The notes: generated by a model not told the origin, from the letters alone. A DNA stretch of 64,000 nucleotides from Leptospiraceae bacterium (GCA_040217195.1 JAVJNR010000009.1:160001-224000); one strand, 5' to 3'; counted from the stretch's first letter, positions 1-11,748 are shown. A program made the numbers and translations.

Positions 1-1
1 T

Positions 2-478
2 AACCTGGTCACCCTGGGTGCGCCCTTCCATGGAACCACTCTTCTAAACTGGCTTCCATTCATTCCTGCATTTCATGATCTAACTCCTGGAAGTGAATAC
101 CTGCTCATCAATCGAATGAATGCACTTCTATTTCCATCCTTCTCTCCTTTTGTTCCCTGGAAAGATGAATGGATTGTTCCATCCGGCCTTGCCCGATTCG
201 GCCAGGGACGGGACCTGATCTTGGACTGGCCTGGACGATTAAATCTTCTTTTCAGTGCCGATGTAGGCGATACCGTAATGGAGCATCTGAATCGAGAATA
301 TCCCTATCCAGTGACCGCAGCTCATATGGCGCAACAGACCCCGGAACCGGAAGGTGCAGTTCCCAGATCCGCTCCAGTACGCCCCACTCAGGTGCAAAGT
401 GCTGGAGCCCGGGTCGCAAAGAAATCGGCTACGAAGAAGACAGTCCAGAAGAAAGCGACCAAAAAGAAGAAGAGATAA
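2..478 (+). CDS. Alpha/beta hydrolase (lipase/esterase-like), C-terminal part; 5' end outside window; Lys-rich tail
   Basis: Frame open from base 2: NLVTLGAPFHGT...DLTPGS...DEWIVP, motifs typical of PGAP1/lipase-like hydrolases; ends VAKKSATKKTVQKKATKKKKR. Confidence 0.65.
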   Translation, partial: NLVTLGAPFHGTTLLNWLPFIPAFHDLTPGSEYLLINRMNALLFPSFSPFVPWKDEWIVPSGLARFGQGRDLILDWPGRLNLLFSADVGDTVMEHLNREYPYPVTAAHMAQQTPEPEGAVPRSAPVRPTQVQSAGARVAKKSATKKTVQKKATKKKKR

Positions 479-565
479 TCGCTGAATCACGAAAGCCAGA
501 ATTCTTTGGGTGCAAAGAAAGACCATGGGGCCGAAACAACTGGCCTGTTGCACACATGAAATATT

Positions 566-1192
566 GTGATTGCTACGCGCCCCAGAGAGAAGCTGGCTCG
601 TTCCACTATAGAACAGCTTTCAGACCTGGAACTCTGGATGCTCATTCTGGGCCGCGGAAGCAGAAATCGAAAACTGGAGCCCCTGGCGCAATCGGTTATG
701 GATTTGCTGGACCGATCCCGGTCCCCCACCCTGCAGGATTTAACTTCACTGAACGGGATCCACACCATCCGGGCCGGAATGATCCAGGCAACTCTGGAGC
801 TTGGTCGCCGACGATATGCCAGAAATGGTCATCCAATTACCGGGCCGGAGGAAGCCTTTCAAATCCTTCGCTCATTGGGAGATCGCAAACAGGAGCATTT
901 TCTCTGTCTCAGCCTGAACGGCGCAGGGGATTTAATTCAATTGCATACGATAACAATTGGCCTTGTAAATCGAACATTGATTCATCCCAGAGAAGTATTC
1001 GCTCCTGCCATGGAAGACCGGGCCGCCTCCATTCTGGTAGCTCATAACCATCCATCCGGCAACCTGGAACCCAGCCAGGAAGACAGAGACATTACCAGAC
1101 GATTACAGGAGGCAGGAGATCTTCTGGGAATTCCAGTGCTGGATCATATCGTTTTTCACTCCAGAGACTTTCGAAGCATCCTTTGCGCTTAG
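566..1192 (+). CDS. radC: RadC/JAB-domain protein
   Basis: RPREKL start, HPREVF, AHNHPSG...PSQED, LDHIV motifs. Confidence 0.93.
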   Translation: MIATRPREKLARSTIEQLSDLELWMLILGRGSRNRKLEPLAQSVMDLLDRSRSPTLQDLTSLNGIHTIRAGMIQATLELGRRRYARNGHPITGPEEAFQILRSLGDRKQEHFLCLSLNGAGDLIQLHTITIGLVNRTLIHPREVFAPAMEDRAASILVAHNHPSGNLEPSQEDRDITRRLQEAGDLLGIPVLDHIVFHSRDFRSILCA

Positions 1193-1312
1193 ACATAAAC
1201 AGGGCCCATTCTGGCCGTTGTCGTTGGTAATAATTCTTGAAAGAATAGAACTCTTATAGTGACACAGAAGGTTTGCCCTCCTGAACCACCCGACAAAATC
1301 TGGTCATAGATT

Positions 1313-1657
1313 ATGCGAGCCACCGTACTTTCTGTCCTTCTTTTGAGCACTCTGGCGCTGGCGAATTGTGCCACATCCAGTGCTGGAATTGCCACTTCCA
1401 ACATTCCTCTTACTGGCAAGAATTACCGAATCGTAGGTAACGGTCAGTCACAGGTGGACTGGTGGAGCGTGGATATCGGGGTTCTTGGCCTGCCTCTGCA
1501 GGAACCACCCATTGACAAAGCTGTACAGGAATTGATCCAGGCCCACAATGGAGATGCTCTTATCAACCTGAGATACAGCACCGATCGATTTATTTTCCTG
1601 TTTATGACCAGGCATCGGTTCACTTTAAAGGCGGACGTAGTCAAAGTTCAAAACTGA
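1313..1657 (+). CDS. Small lipoprotein (TRL/Bor-like)
   Basis: Signal peptide with LANC lipobox; GDALINLR motif; first gene of an overlapping operon. Confidence 0.65.
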   Translation: MRATVLSVLLLSTLALANCATSSAGIATSNIPLTGKNYRIVGNGQSQVDWWSVDIGVLGLPLQEPPIDKAVQELIQAHNGDALINLRYSTDRFIFLFMTRHRFTLKADVVKVQN

Positions 1658-2166
1658 TGTCAGTCAGGTCTTACAATCAGGCCCTTGCTCCGGTGCTCCT
1701 ATCGGCTTGCATCCTTTTCGGCAATTGCTTTCCAGGAGGAATGTCCGAGGAAGGCGGATTCGTAGATCATGCCGGCTGGATTCCGGAAGCCACATTGACG
1801 AACAATGCTCCCTATGACTTTGTCTGTCCGGATCCAGAAGAAGTGAAGCGCCGTCAATCCCTGAAAGAAGAAGGACTGCCAGTACCGGGTGAGCCCCCTG
1901 TAAGATACGTTTCGCCCGAAGAATACACAGGTGGATGCGAACAGACTGCCAGCACCTCCGTCTATTATTTGTTCCATCTCTTTCCCGCCACTCCTCCCAT
2001 GGATGCACACTATGCCCTGGGCCTGGCTGTACAGAAACTGGAAGGCGATACAATGATAAATATCAAAACCTGGCATGAAACCCATTATTATTCCATTTTG
2101 GGGCATGTCCGATTATTCAAAGTAAAAGGACATGTGATTCGCTTTAAGAAGAGGCCAGAAAAATGA
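1657..2166 (+). CDS. Lipoprotein, TRL-like paralogue
   Basis: LFGNC lipobox; GDTMINIK resembles GDALINLR of the upstream gene; TGATG overlap. Confidence 0.6.
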   Translation: MSVRSYNQALAPVLLSACILFGNCFPGGMSEEGGFVDHAGWIPEATLTNNAPYDFVCPDPEEVKRRQSLKEEGLPVPGEPPVRYVSPEEYTGGCEQTASTSVYYLFHLFPATPPMDAHYALGLAVQKLEGDTMINIKTWHETHYYSILGHVRLFKVKGHVIRFKKRPEK

Positions 2167-2459
2167 AACGAGTATGGACCATACTTGCACTGGCCTGCAT
2201 TACCTTCGTAGCTGCTTGTCCGGAAAACACTACGGTTCCGGAAGATGAGGCATGGAGTCAGATTTACGCTGCCATCGACTACAAAGCCCGAGAATGCGGT
2301 AATCAACCCAACTATATTTTGATCGTTCCCCGGGAACCTTCGCAGTACGGAGTGGAGCTCTGTTCCCTTACCATTCTTCGACAGGAATGTCCCTTCAATG
2401 ATTATCCGATTTTCTGTGTGGAAATGTACGAAATTGACCTACCGGGGATAGGCCCCTGA
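2163..2459 (+). CDS. Small Cys-rich lipoprotein
   Basis: FVAAC lipobox, four further Cys; ATGA overlap with upstream gene. Confidence 0.6.
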   Translation: MKRVWTILALACITFVAACPENTTVPEDEAWSQIYAAIDYKARECGNQPNYILIVPREPSQYGVELCSLTILRQECPFNDYPIFCVEMYEIDLPGIGP

Positions 2460-2460
2460 G

Positions 2461-5052
2461 ATGAAAGCGACTCGCAGGATACTTCCGGCCAGATTCGCAG
2501 CTCAGCCTGATGCGAAGAGCAAAGGACCGTTCTGGAAGCGGTCCCCTGGTGGCTTTCGCATCGCCCTGCTGAGTATTGCACTATTTCTTCCTTCCTTACT
2601 ATCTGCCTTTGAAGTACAGGTCCGGGTTTATGATCCAGTAAGTCGTAAGCCTGTACCGGATGCGCAGGTAATCGTCAAAGAAACCGGGCAGCAAACCTAC
2701 ACGGACGGTCGGGGGATGGCTACCCTGGAAGTGCCGGAACCGGGCTTTTATACCGTACGAGCCATATTGCCCGATGGAAACCTTGTCCAGCCAAGACTGC
2801 AGGTCCAGGGAGCCGGGCAGACACTTACAATCTTCACATCAGAGCCAGAGAGCCAGCCAGAGCCTTCCGGCCCGGAAACCCAGGTTGTGGAAGATGAAGG
2901 CATTGTAGTCCGTGGCCGGAGAGATAAACAAAACCTCTCCAGATACAACGTCAGACTGGATGAGGTGCGAAGACTTCCGGGCCAGTTCGGAGAGGCTCTT
3001 CGAGGCATCGAATCCCTGCCAGGCGTAAATGCACCACCGTTCGGCAATGGAGACATTGTATTGCGAGGTGCCAATGAAAACGCAAATACATACCTTTTAG
3101 ATGAACTTCCTCTAGGCTATCCATTTCATCTGCTGGGTCTGAACTCAGTAGTTCAGAACAATATCATCAATAGCATTGATGTGTATTCCGGTTCTTATCC
3201 GGTTAAGTACGGAGATGCCACAGGTGGAGTCATTTCCATTGATACCATCGATTCGGTGGAAAAATTTGGCGGTCATACAACCTTTTCTCTCTGGTCTGCC
3301 AGCGTTCTGCTCAAAGCCCCAATAGGAGAGAAAGGAGAGGATGGATACTGGGTGGCCGGTGTTCGCGGCTCCTATCTGGACAAAACTCTGGGCAACCTGG
3401 TCCCGTCTGGATATACTCTTATTCCTCGCTATCAAGATGCACAGTTCAAACTTCGCTACAATCTAACCAACAGGCAGAGCCTGTACTTCTACGTTCTGGG
3501 AGCAAAAGACACTTTAATTGCATCTGTGGATAATCGTCCTACCTGGGATCCTACCACAGAAATCAGTCCGACTCTGTTCGGAGCAAGCATTGCTCTGGAC
3601 CGTGTTTTTCACACAGAGGCTATTCGACATATATGGCAGCCAAATGCGAAGTTTCAGCTCAAGACTACTCTTCTAAATCATAACAACATCGCCTATACAG
3701 ATGGAACTCTTGGAATCATAGATGCGAAGCAAAACCTGGAAAACGGTTATGCAGCCCTTCGAACCGAAGCCTTTATGGAGCTCTGGAAAGAACATGCATT
3801 TCTGGATGTTGGTCTGGAGGCTCGCCGATTTCGCTACGTATTCGAAGGCACCACGGTTCAGCAGGTAGATGTTCTGGATCAGAATCCGGACCTTTTTGAC
3901 ACAACCGACCCTGACTTCTCGGTGGTACCGGTAGATGATAGAAACTTCGCAAGCTTCAACAGTGGGTATGCAATGCTCACCTTACGAGGCTGGTGGATCG
4001 AGTTCAAGCCTGGAGTTCGAGTGGATTATTTCGGTCCCACAAAGCAACGGGTCACAGATCCAAGAGGTACATTGTCACTGCAGCTTCCTACAGAAACCAC
4101 ATTTACAGCCGGCGGAGGCATCTATCATCGAGTTCCTGATCCAGAGCAATACAGTCCCACCTCGGGCAATCCCAGACTGAAGCTGGAACAGGCGGATCAT
4201 GCTGCCCTGGGTGTAGAGCAGGTTCTGGGAAACTGGATAATCAAGCTGGAGGGCTTTCGCCAGGTATATAGAGATATTGTAATTTCAGATCCTTATGCCA
4301 GGCTTGCCTTTCGAGAAAATCCAGATCCCTACACTCAGTATGAAACTCCAATACTCGTAAACACTCCGGCCTACTATTCCAATAGCGGCTATGGCTATTC
4401 AGAAGGTATAGAATTCTACATTAAGCGCAGTAAACCGCCCAATGAATCAGGCTGGTATGGATGGATTTCCTATACCTATTCCAGAAGCTTTCGAGACGAC
4501 AATCGTTTCCGGCCCAGTCCATTTGCGCCCTCCACTCAGTACACGGCCGATGAGCTTCGCCTTTTGCAGCAGTATGATAACACAGATGCCATTTATGCAG
4601 ATTTCGACCGAACTCATATTATTAATGTAATCCTGGGCTATAAGATCAATCCGGAATGGCAGGTTGGAATTAAATGGCGCTACGCCACCTCCAGGCCATT
4701 CACTGAGATCATTGGCGATGATGGGGCCCAGCAGAATAACGACGGCAGACCCATTTTTGATCCTGTATATTCTCCCTTCGAAAACACATTGCGGTTGAAG
4801 CCCTACCATCGTCTTGACATTCGCATTGATCGATTCTTTAACTATGAATGGGGCTTTGGTAACGTTTTCATTGAAGCGCTAAATATCTATCTCAGGGACA
4901 ATCCAGGAGCTTATTCATTTGATGATAGCCAGCCATTTTCAAAAGCCAATCCATCTGTCACTCCAGAGTTCGGGAATCTGGTTGTGCCTACATCCAACGA
5001 AGCCGGTCTTCGCATTCCTCTGATTAATTTCGGCGTGGAGGTGCAGTTCTAA
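2461..5052 (+). CDS. TonB-dependent outer membrane receptor with N-terminal carboxypeptidase-regulatory-like domain
   Basis: Plug motifs (ESLPGV, LRGA, IDVYSGSYPVKYGDATGGVI), beta-barrel, C-terminal Phe; true start may lie downstream. Confidence 0.9.
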   Translation: MKATRRILPARFAAQPDAKSKGPFWKRSPGGFRIALLSIALFLPSLLSAFEVQVRVYDPVSRKPVPDAQVIVKETGQQTYTDGRGMATLEVPEPGFYTVRAILPDGNLVQPRLQVQGAGQTLTIFTSEPESQPEPSGPETQVVEDEGIVVRGRRDKQNLSRYNVRLDEVRRLPGQFGEALRGIESLPGVNAPPFGNGDIVLRGANENANTYLLDELPLGYPFHLLGLNSVVQNNIINSIDVYSGSYPVKYGDATGGVISIDTIDSVEKFGGHTTFSLWSASVLLKAPIGEKGEDGYWVAGVRGSYLDKTLGNLVPSGYTLIPRYQDAQFKLRYNLTNRQSLYFYVLGAKDTLIASVDNRPTWDPTTEISPTLFGASIALDRVFHTEAIRHIWQPNAKFQLKTTLLNHNNIAYTDGTLGIIDAKQNLENGYAALRTEAFMELWKEHAFLDVGLEARRFRYVFEGTTVQQVDVLDQNPDLFDTTDPDFSVVPVDDRNFASFNSGYAMLTLRGWWIEFKPGVRVDYFGPTKQRVTDPRGTLSLQLPTETTFTAGGGIYHRVPDPEQYSPTSGNPRLKLEQADHAALGVEQVLGNWIIKLEGFRQVYRDIVISDPYARLAFRENPDPYTQYETPILVNTPAYYSNSGYGYSEGIEFYIKRSKPPNESGWYGWISYTYSRSFRDDNRFRPSPFAPSTQYTADELRLLQQYDNTDAIYADFDRTHIINVILGYKINPEWQVGIKWRYATSRPFTEIIGDDGAQQNNDGRPIFDPVYSPFENTLRLKPYHRLDIRIDRFFNYEWGFGNVFIEALNIYLRDNPGAYSFDDSQPFSKANPSVTPEFGNLVVPTSNEAGLRIPLINFGVEVQF

Positions 5053-5636
5053 TGCCAGTCTATTTTTCCTGCGAAATACTCATTCGCAGCCAGAAACTAC
5101 TGGTCATTTCTCTGTTCGCTCTGGGGATATTCTCGGGCTGTGAAACAGATTCTTTTGACGATGTGCCAGACACGGAAGAAACGGCCTCATTTTATTTGCT
5201 GCTGACGGCCCCCACCAGGGAATCGGCTCTTGCAAAATGCATTGAAGCAGAAACCATCGCACTTTCCTGCACCAATGATGGTGGCCGGCAAACCCAGTAC
5301 ATAAATGCTGTAGATAGCACCTACAATCCGGACAGCACATCCACGGATGCAACCGCATTATGCAATTCCGAAATCGATGCTGCAGTATTCAACTCGCCTA
5401 CAATATTCACTTATGGAGCCCGGTACTGTCATTTTGAATGTAACCGACAGTACTGGCAGGCAACCAGAAATAGCTCCCTGTGCAACTCCGCTGGCACATC
5501 TGCGGCCATTATTGATCATCAGCAATGCGGCCCCTCAAACTGGCGAAACGAATGCCAGAGCGAAACATTTAAGACCTGTCTTATCGATTGTTTCATCGAT
5601 GGAACAGATACCTACTTCCTGCCCCAGGGCTACTAA
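5052..5636 (+). CDS. Cys-rich lipoprotein
   Basis: FSGC lipobox followed by 10 Cys; overlaps the receptor stop codon. Confidence 0.6.
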   Translation: MPVYFSCEILIRSQKLLVISLFALGIFSGCETDSFDDVPDTEETASFYLLLTAPTRESALAKCIEAETIALSCTNDGGRQTQYINAVDSTYNPDSTSTDATALCNSEIDAAVFNSPTIFTYGARYCHFECNRQYWQATRNSSLCNSAGTSAAIIDHQQCGPSNWRNECQSETFKTCLIDCFIDGTDTYFLPQGY

Positions 5637-5669
5637 ATCAAAAAAACTCTTCCCGGCGGGCTCGAGCCT

Positions 5670-6140
5670 ATGCAGTTTAACCCTATGAAACGAACTTCCT
5701 TCACCGCCCTACTTCTAGCAGGCATCCTGGCAGGGACTCTCGGATGCACCGAAACCGAGCAGAGTGGCAGCGATGGCATTCCTGAAGCCAGTATCCGGGC
5801 TGCAGCTCTAAACGAAAAAGTCACTGTTTCGATCACCATTCCAGAGGACCATCATGCCTATCTGAACCGGGGGCCGCATGAAAACCTGATACCGGTGGAC
5901 TTTGACTGGAAACCAGCCCTGGAATCCGGAAAAATTCTTAAAGAGCCCGAACTTGAATCGTCTCCGGAAGGAGAAAAGGAAAAAGAAACAGGCGCTGCGG
6001 TATTGCGAGGCACCGGAGAATTTGTTTTTACTGGAATCAGCCCTGCCGCGGATACATCCCTGCGAGTTAGAACACAGATATGCAATGAAATCACCGGGAT
6101 GTGCTTTCGTCCAGCCTGGCAGACGATAACCATTCAGTAA
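5670..6140 (+). CDS. DsbD N-terminal (alpha)-domain-like lipoprotein
   Basis: TLGC lipobox; ITIPEDHHAY and QICNEITGMCFRP match the DsbD-N Cys pair pattern. Confidence 0.7.
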   Translation: MQFNPMKRTSFTALLLAGILAGTLGCTETEQSGSDGIPEASIRAAALNEKVTVSITIPEDHHAYLNRGPHENLIPVDFDWKPALESGKILKEPELESSPEGEKEKETGAAVLRGTGEFVFTGISPAADTSLRVRTQICNEITGMCFRPAWQTITIQ

Positions 6141-6143
6141 GGA

Positions 6144-6677
6144 TTGGATATCGGAATGGAGAATCGGTTTCGCACAATACTTCTAGCTTCCATAGTTGCC
6201 AGCCTCCTGGTGGGGGCTGCCGGAAGTTTTCTATTTCTGTACTTCCAGGACGGTCTGGGAGCCAATGCAGAAAGCCAGACTGACCAGACTCCACCTGAGT
6301 CAGATATAGCTTCCATAGAACATGGAAACCTTGTAGTGCACAGAAATCCGGCAGAAGCCTTTAGAATAGCCCGGCAAAAGAATCGACCGGTATTTCTGGA
6401 TTTCTATGCAGACTGGTGCGCCAACTGTGTTAAGTTCCAGAGCCGCATGCTGGAAGATAAGGCGTTGAACCAGGCACTGAAGAACTCTGTAATCCTCAAA
6501 GTGGTGGATACAGACGTGGCTTTTGACCATTACTCCAGGGAGGGACGATTTTCCGAGCTAAATGAATCCCTTCCGCTGTTTGCCGTACTGAACTCAAGAA
6601 ATGAACTCATCTGGAAAGGCCAGGATTATCTGGACACAGCGGCCATGATCCAGGCTCTCAAGCAGGCAGGACTGTAA
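6144..6677 (+). CDS. Membrane-anchored thioredoxin-family protein (DsbD gamma-like)
   Basis: N-terminal TM; RPVFLDFYADWCANC motif. Confidence 0.85.
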   Translation: MDIGMENRFRTILLASIVASLLVGAAGSFLFLYFQDGLGANAESQTDQTPPESDIASIEHGNLVVHRNPAEAFRIARQKNRPVFLDFYADWCANCVKFQSRMLEDKALNQALKNSVILKVVDTDVAFDHYSREGRFSELNESLPLFAVLNSRNELIWKGQDYLDTAAMIQALKQAGL

Positions 6678-6897
6678 GAGCCTTTTCGCCGTAAAGAAAG
6701 GGCCTTCGGATCAACGAAACTCATCCATAAGCATTCGAAGCCTTGCTTTTTCTGGCTGGTGCCGCAGCTTCAACGAAATCCAAATTGGCGGCAAGAACAC
6801 TTCATATCTCGACGTCCAGAGCTTAAATCCAACAACGAAAACCGAAGCGAACCGCCATTCGAATCCGCGGTTCAAACCTGCAGCCGATCCAGCAGGT

Positions 6898-8046
6898 TTA
6901 ATCTACCCCTTTCCGAATCAGTGGATAAGCATCCATGGCAACAGAAAGAACCGGATTATAGCATTGCAACGACATATGACTCCCGTCTGCAAAGGTATTG
7001 CAATGGAAAGGATCCCCATCTGTAAGATCGATTAACATCTCACCTTTAAGTCTCTGATCCATTCGACGATTCCAGATTCTGGTGTTTTCCTGAATCAATT
7101 CATCCTTGTCGAGAATAGACTGCATGGGCCTGGATACCGGAGGTCGCAGAAATACCAGAGGGGCTTCAGCAGCCCGGGATCGCTCAATGAGCTGGTCCAG
7201 AAAATGCCACTGCCTTTCCGACAATTCATAGTTTCCATAAATCCAGCGCACAGTCATGGCTGAAGTAGCCGCAAGATTCGCATAGTCCCTCTCATAATAA
7301 TCAGGTCTGGGAATCAGAGACATGCCCCCTCCTCGATTCTGGCGTTGAAAGGTATCCATGTTCTCGATGGCGATAAGGAACTTATCTCCGGGATCGGCCA
7401 GACGCTCAAAAGCTTTATCCAGGTGTGGACGAAAACGATACCCTGCGAATAGATTCTTGGCCAGAAACTGACTAACTTCATCCGCAGTAAAACCTCGATC
7501 TCCGGACAATAAATAAAAGTTATTCAAAACATAGGAGAAATCAAAGCTATAAGCCAGGTTGGATTTTACAAAACCGGGAGAGTTTTCGTTGAACTGAAAT
7601 GGATCTGATTCTACGATTACGTAATCGGGCTTCACTCCGGTGGCCAGAACTTCCTGAAGCATATAATCGAAATAGGCAGGCGAACTTACCGGAGCTGAGA
7701 AGTTAAACATTTCCCAGTTCGGATAAGCATGCTTGAAATTTTCGTAATTGAAATAGAGCAAACGAGAACTGCCCAGAACTACCAGGATTCGCTTCCCGGA
7801 ATGGACAGAACAGGGTCCGGTGACATCTTCCAGGCATTTCCCTTCTTCATCCGCCGGCGGAAGCTTGCGAAGCCGATCAAACTCCTTCAACTCATCTAAA
7901 AGCTCGGGCTTATAGTCGTAGTAGATATAGGTTGCGTCGTCCTGGGTATATCTTTTTACCGAATCCAGACACATCAATTTATCCACGGCAAAAAATGAGA
8001 GGAAAAGGGCCACAGGAAAGATAAGAAATCGGCGGCTTTCAGGCAT
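6898..8046 (-). CDS. DUF1574/SGNH-like exported protein
   Basis: N-terminal TM, VLGSSR and FADGSH motifs. Confidence 0.7.
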   Translation of the reverse strand: MPESRRFLIFPVALFLSFFAVDKLMCLDSVKRYTQDDATYIYYDYKPELLDELKEFDRLRKLPPADEEGKCLEDVTGPCSVHSGKRILVVLGSSRLLYFNYENFKHAYPNWEMFNFSAPVSSPAYFDYMLQEVLATGVKPDYVIVESDPFQFNENSPGFVKSNLAYSFDFSYVLNNFYLLSGDRGFTADEVSQFLAKNLFAGYRFRPHLDKAFERLADPGDKFLIAIENMDTFQRQNRGGGMSLIPRPDYYERDYANLAATSAMTVRWIYGNYELSERQWHFLDQLIERSRAAEAPLVFLRPPVSRPMQSILDKDELIQENTRIWNRRMDQRLKGEMLIDLTDGDPFHCNTFADGSHMSLQCYNPVLSVAMDAYPLIRKGVD

Positions 8047-9502
8047 AGTGTGCCTCCTTGCGCATTATGCGCAGTGTAAACAGAATACTCCAGATACAGA
8101 GAATAAACATCAGCCAGGCATGCACGCTGTACATGGCCAGAAGATCACGAAACAGACCGGAGAAGATAAGATTTCCGAATCCGGAAAAAGCGATAAGACC
8201 AATCATCCACTTTTCTTCATTAACTAACGCTTCGGAACCGAATAGACGGAAGGAAAGTGGTAGTAATAGCAGGCTATAGGCATGAAACCAGCTTACACCG
8301 GAGACCAGCAAACTTACAAGAATCAGTGTTTGCACAAAATAGACTCTGGCAAGTCGCTTATCCGGACGCGTGAATTTACGTCTCAGTGCAAATATCAGGG
8401 CCATCGAAGATACAGCGGCTATCAGGCTATATACAATTGTCTTGATTGCAGTGCGAAGCCAGAATGCGCCGGATGCACCAAGGTTCTCCAGGGAATGAAA
8501 TAGCAATGGCAGGCCAGCCACCGCCTGCTTTTCCGGATCGGAGCCGGCCACAAATAGTTTGGAGAAAGCAGCGGATATAGTTTGATTGTTTGCGTACGGT
8601 CGCACCACTCCATATTGGCTGTAGGTATTAATCATTAGATCATACCATTCCAGGTGCCACTGAAGATTCATAGACCAGCCTGCATAGATTGCAGGAATCA
8701 ATAAACAGGCCAGACCGGTAATCACTGCTGCCGCAATGGCGCGAAAGTTTCTGCGGCTCAGCAGATACAATCCCAGGATGGCCGGCATAATCTTGATTAC
8801 CGCAGCCAGCCCCAGCAATGCTCCTCCAATCCAGGCCAGTCTTCGGGATCCGGTATTCTCTGCCTGCCCTCCAGCAAGATCCGGAGATGCAAGGAGCAAA
8901 CCTCCGCCGGTCAGAAAGATAAGCAAGAACCCCACATTTGCATTGGCCGAATTCTCAGATAGAAAGGAGGCCACGGGCAGCATACAGAGCAATGCAATGT
9001 ACCAGAATTTCTCTCGATCCAGGGTTTCATGGTGCCTGCGAAAGAGCACAAAGAAGTACCAGAGCAAAAAGAGCGATGAAATTTGAAATACAATAACCGC
9101 TACTTCGTAGCCCACCAGACTCAAGGGCAGTAACAGAAATGCGAAGAAAGGTAAATAAAGATAAGAACCAGCCCCTTTCAGGGATTCCAGATAGGCTCGT
9201 CCTTCCGGAGTCATGGAAAATTGAAGCAACTCCACTGGATTATTTACATCAATACCAGGGTCAGCTGAGTCTTCCATGCTACGCAATGCTTCCATATTGT
9301 ATAGATCGCCGCGGTCAGCCATCCGAACAGAGGCACTGTAATAATCTTCAAAATCGCTGCGAGCGCTACGAAGCTGCAGTAATCCACCATCTGCCTCATC
9401 CAGCACACGAAGGCCGGCAATAAACAGAGCCAGAAATGCAATCAAAGACAGATAAACTCCGTAACGCTTACAAAATCCGGAAATCTTTTTTAGTAAATTC
9501 AC
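8039..9502 (-). CDS. GT87/DUF2029-family (GT-C) membrane glycosyltransferase
   Basis: DFEDYY, YLYLPFF, LAAVIKIMP, NNQTI and WFH motifs; many TMs; GTG start at 9502 after GGAGG (ORF track extends to 9658). Confidence 0.8.
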   Translation of the reverse strand: MNLLKKISGFCKRYGVYLSLIAFLALFIAGLRVLDEADGGLLQLRSARSDFEDYYSASVRMADRGDLYNMEALRSMEDSADPGIDVNNPVELLQFSMTPEGRAYLESLKGAGSYLYLPFFAFLLLPLSLVGYEVAVIVFQISSLFLLWYFFVLFRRHHETLDREKFWYIALLCMLPVASFLSENSANANVGFLLIFLTGGGLLLASPDLAGGQAENTGSRRLAWIGGALLGLAAVIKIMPAILGLYLLSRRNFRAIAAAVITGLACLLIPAIYAGWSMNLQWHLEWYDLMINTYSQYGVVRPYANNQTISAAFSKLFVAGSDPEKQAVAGLPLLFHSLENLGASGAFWLRTAIKTIVYSLIAAVSSMALIFALRRKFTRPDKRLARVYFVQTLILVSLLVSGVSWFHAYSLLLLPLSFRLFGSEALVNEEKWMIGLIAFSGFGNLIFSGLFRDLLAMYSVHAWLMFILCIWSILFTLRIMRKEAHYA

Positions 9503-9615
9503 CGTACCTCCGCAAATCACTTTCGTGGACAGGGCAGCGCCGAAATATTGAATCCGGCCATGGGTACAATGCCTGAGATCGGCCCATTCTGGCAAAACCA
9601 ATTTACAGCATTCAA

Positions 9616-10665
<1,050 letters not shown>

Positions 10666-10700
10666 CCGTAGGCTGCTTCCAATCTAAGACTCTGGAACCT

Positions 10701-11606
10701 ATGCAGACGTTGGAAGATATCACCAGGGTAGAAATGATACGGGTCCCTCACTTTGAGCTGGATGCATTCCAGAAAAGTGTCCTGGATAATCTATATCTGG
10801 AGTTTTTTCTGGAGCAATGTAGAGTACTTGTTACACCGGACCTGAACTATATGACTACAGGCCCTACATCTGCAGGGGAACTGGAACGACTGGAAGAGCT
10901 GCTGGCCTCGGAAAATGAAACTCTGGATAAACTGAAATGGTATCTACTGTACGATCTCAGCCTGTATTCAGCTCTTCTGGAAACGAATTCCTATTATATA
11001 TCCTCCAATGGCCATGTACTGATATCCAGATTCGTTCCTGTAGAAGGAGAGGATCAGCGCTTCGAAGTAAAACTGTACACCATTGCAGCCAATGACCTGC
11101 CAGAAAACTACAAAGACAAGCTATACCTGGGTCGAGACTTCTTCTCGTTAAAGACTCTCCGAAGGGAGCACTTTGGATTAAAGCTAATTCGCGGCTCAAT
11201 TATCGGGCAATTCTATAAGATGCGCGAAAGAGTCAACCAGTACACTCTTCAGGAATACCACAGCGAACTGGACTCCGAGTACATGAAAGAAATCGAAGAG
11301 ATTTCAGGAGAGTTTGCAGAAGCCAGCGAAAGCATCCTTTCTTCTTTTCCGGTGGACATCTCCACCGATAGCCTGGAAAAACCAGCGCTCATCGAGGCAA
11401 ACCAGAAGTTTCGTGATCTAAAGCATATTCTAATTGAGATGGAAGAATCTTTACGAGAAATGGAAAGTCGACTCTTTGAGCTGGATCAAACCCGGGCTGT
11501 AAGATACGTCACCAAATTCAGAAAAGATATCACAAACTACACGAACTACTTCATCATCAAAGTAAATGGTCGCATCTCCGACGCTGTAAACGGAATCCAC
11601 ATGTAG
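10701..11606 (+). CDS. Hypothetical protein with helical C-terminus
   Basis: ~300-codon ORF with protein-like composition; ATG at 10701 preferred. Confidence 0.7.
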   Translation: MQTLEDITRVEMIRVPHFELDAFQKSVLDNLYLEFFLEQCRVLVTPDLNYMTTGPTSAGELERLEELLASENETLDKLKWYLLYDLSLYSALLETNSYYISSNGHVLISRFVPVEGEDQRFEVKLYTIAANDLPENYKDKLYLGRDFFSLKTLRREHFGLKLIRGSIIGQFYKMRERVNQYTLQEYHSELDSEYMKEIEEISGEFAEASESILSSFPVDISTDSLEKPALIEANQKFRDLKHILIEMEESLREMESRLFELDQTRAVRYVTKFRKDITNYTNYFIIKVNGRISDAVNGIHM

Positions 11607-11607
11607 G

Positions 11608-11646
11608 TACGCTCGAAAAGCTATCTACTGTAGCTTCTCGAGCGTA
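11608..11646. terminator. Long hairpin between convergent genes (probable bidirectional terminator)
   Basis: tacgctcgaaaagcta-N7-tagcttctcgagcgta, 16-bp stem with one mismatch. Confidence 0.6.
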
Positions 11647-11748
11647 AAGCAATAGGCGCAGCTGAGCGCCGACCAGGTCTTAGAAACGATTAATCTACCC
11701 GGCGAGCCAACCCTGGCTCACCTGGTAGGGCCCGGGCTGTAGCTTGCT

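Noticed and set aside
169..1047. 292-aa ORF
   Set aside because: Alternative frame over the hydrolase tail and radC; composition not protein-like
566..1192. radC as a marker of a mobile element
   Set aside because: Full-length housekeeping-type RadC with no integrase, transposase or att sites nearby
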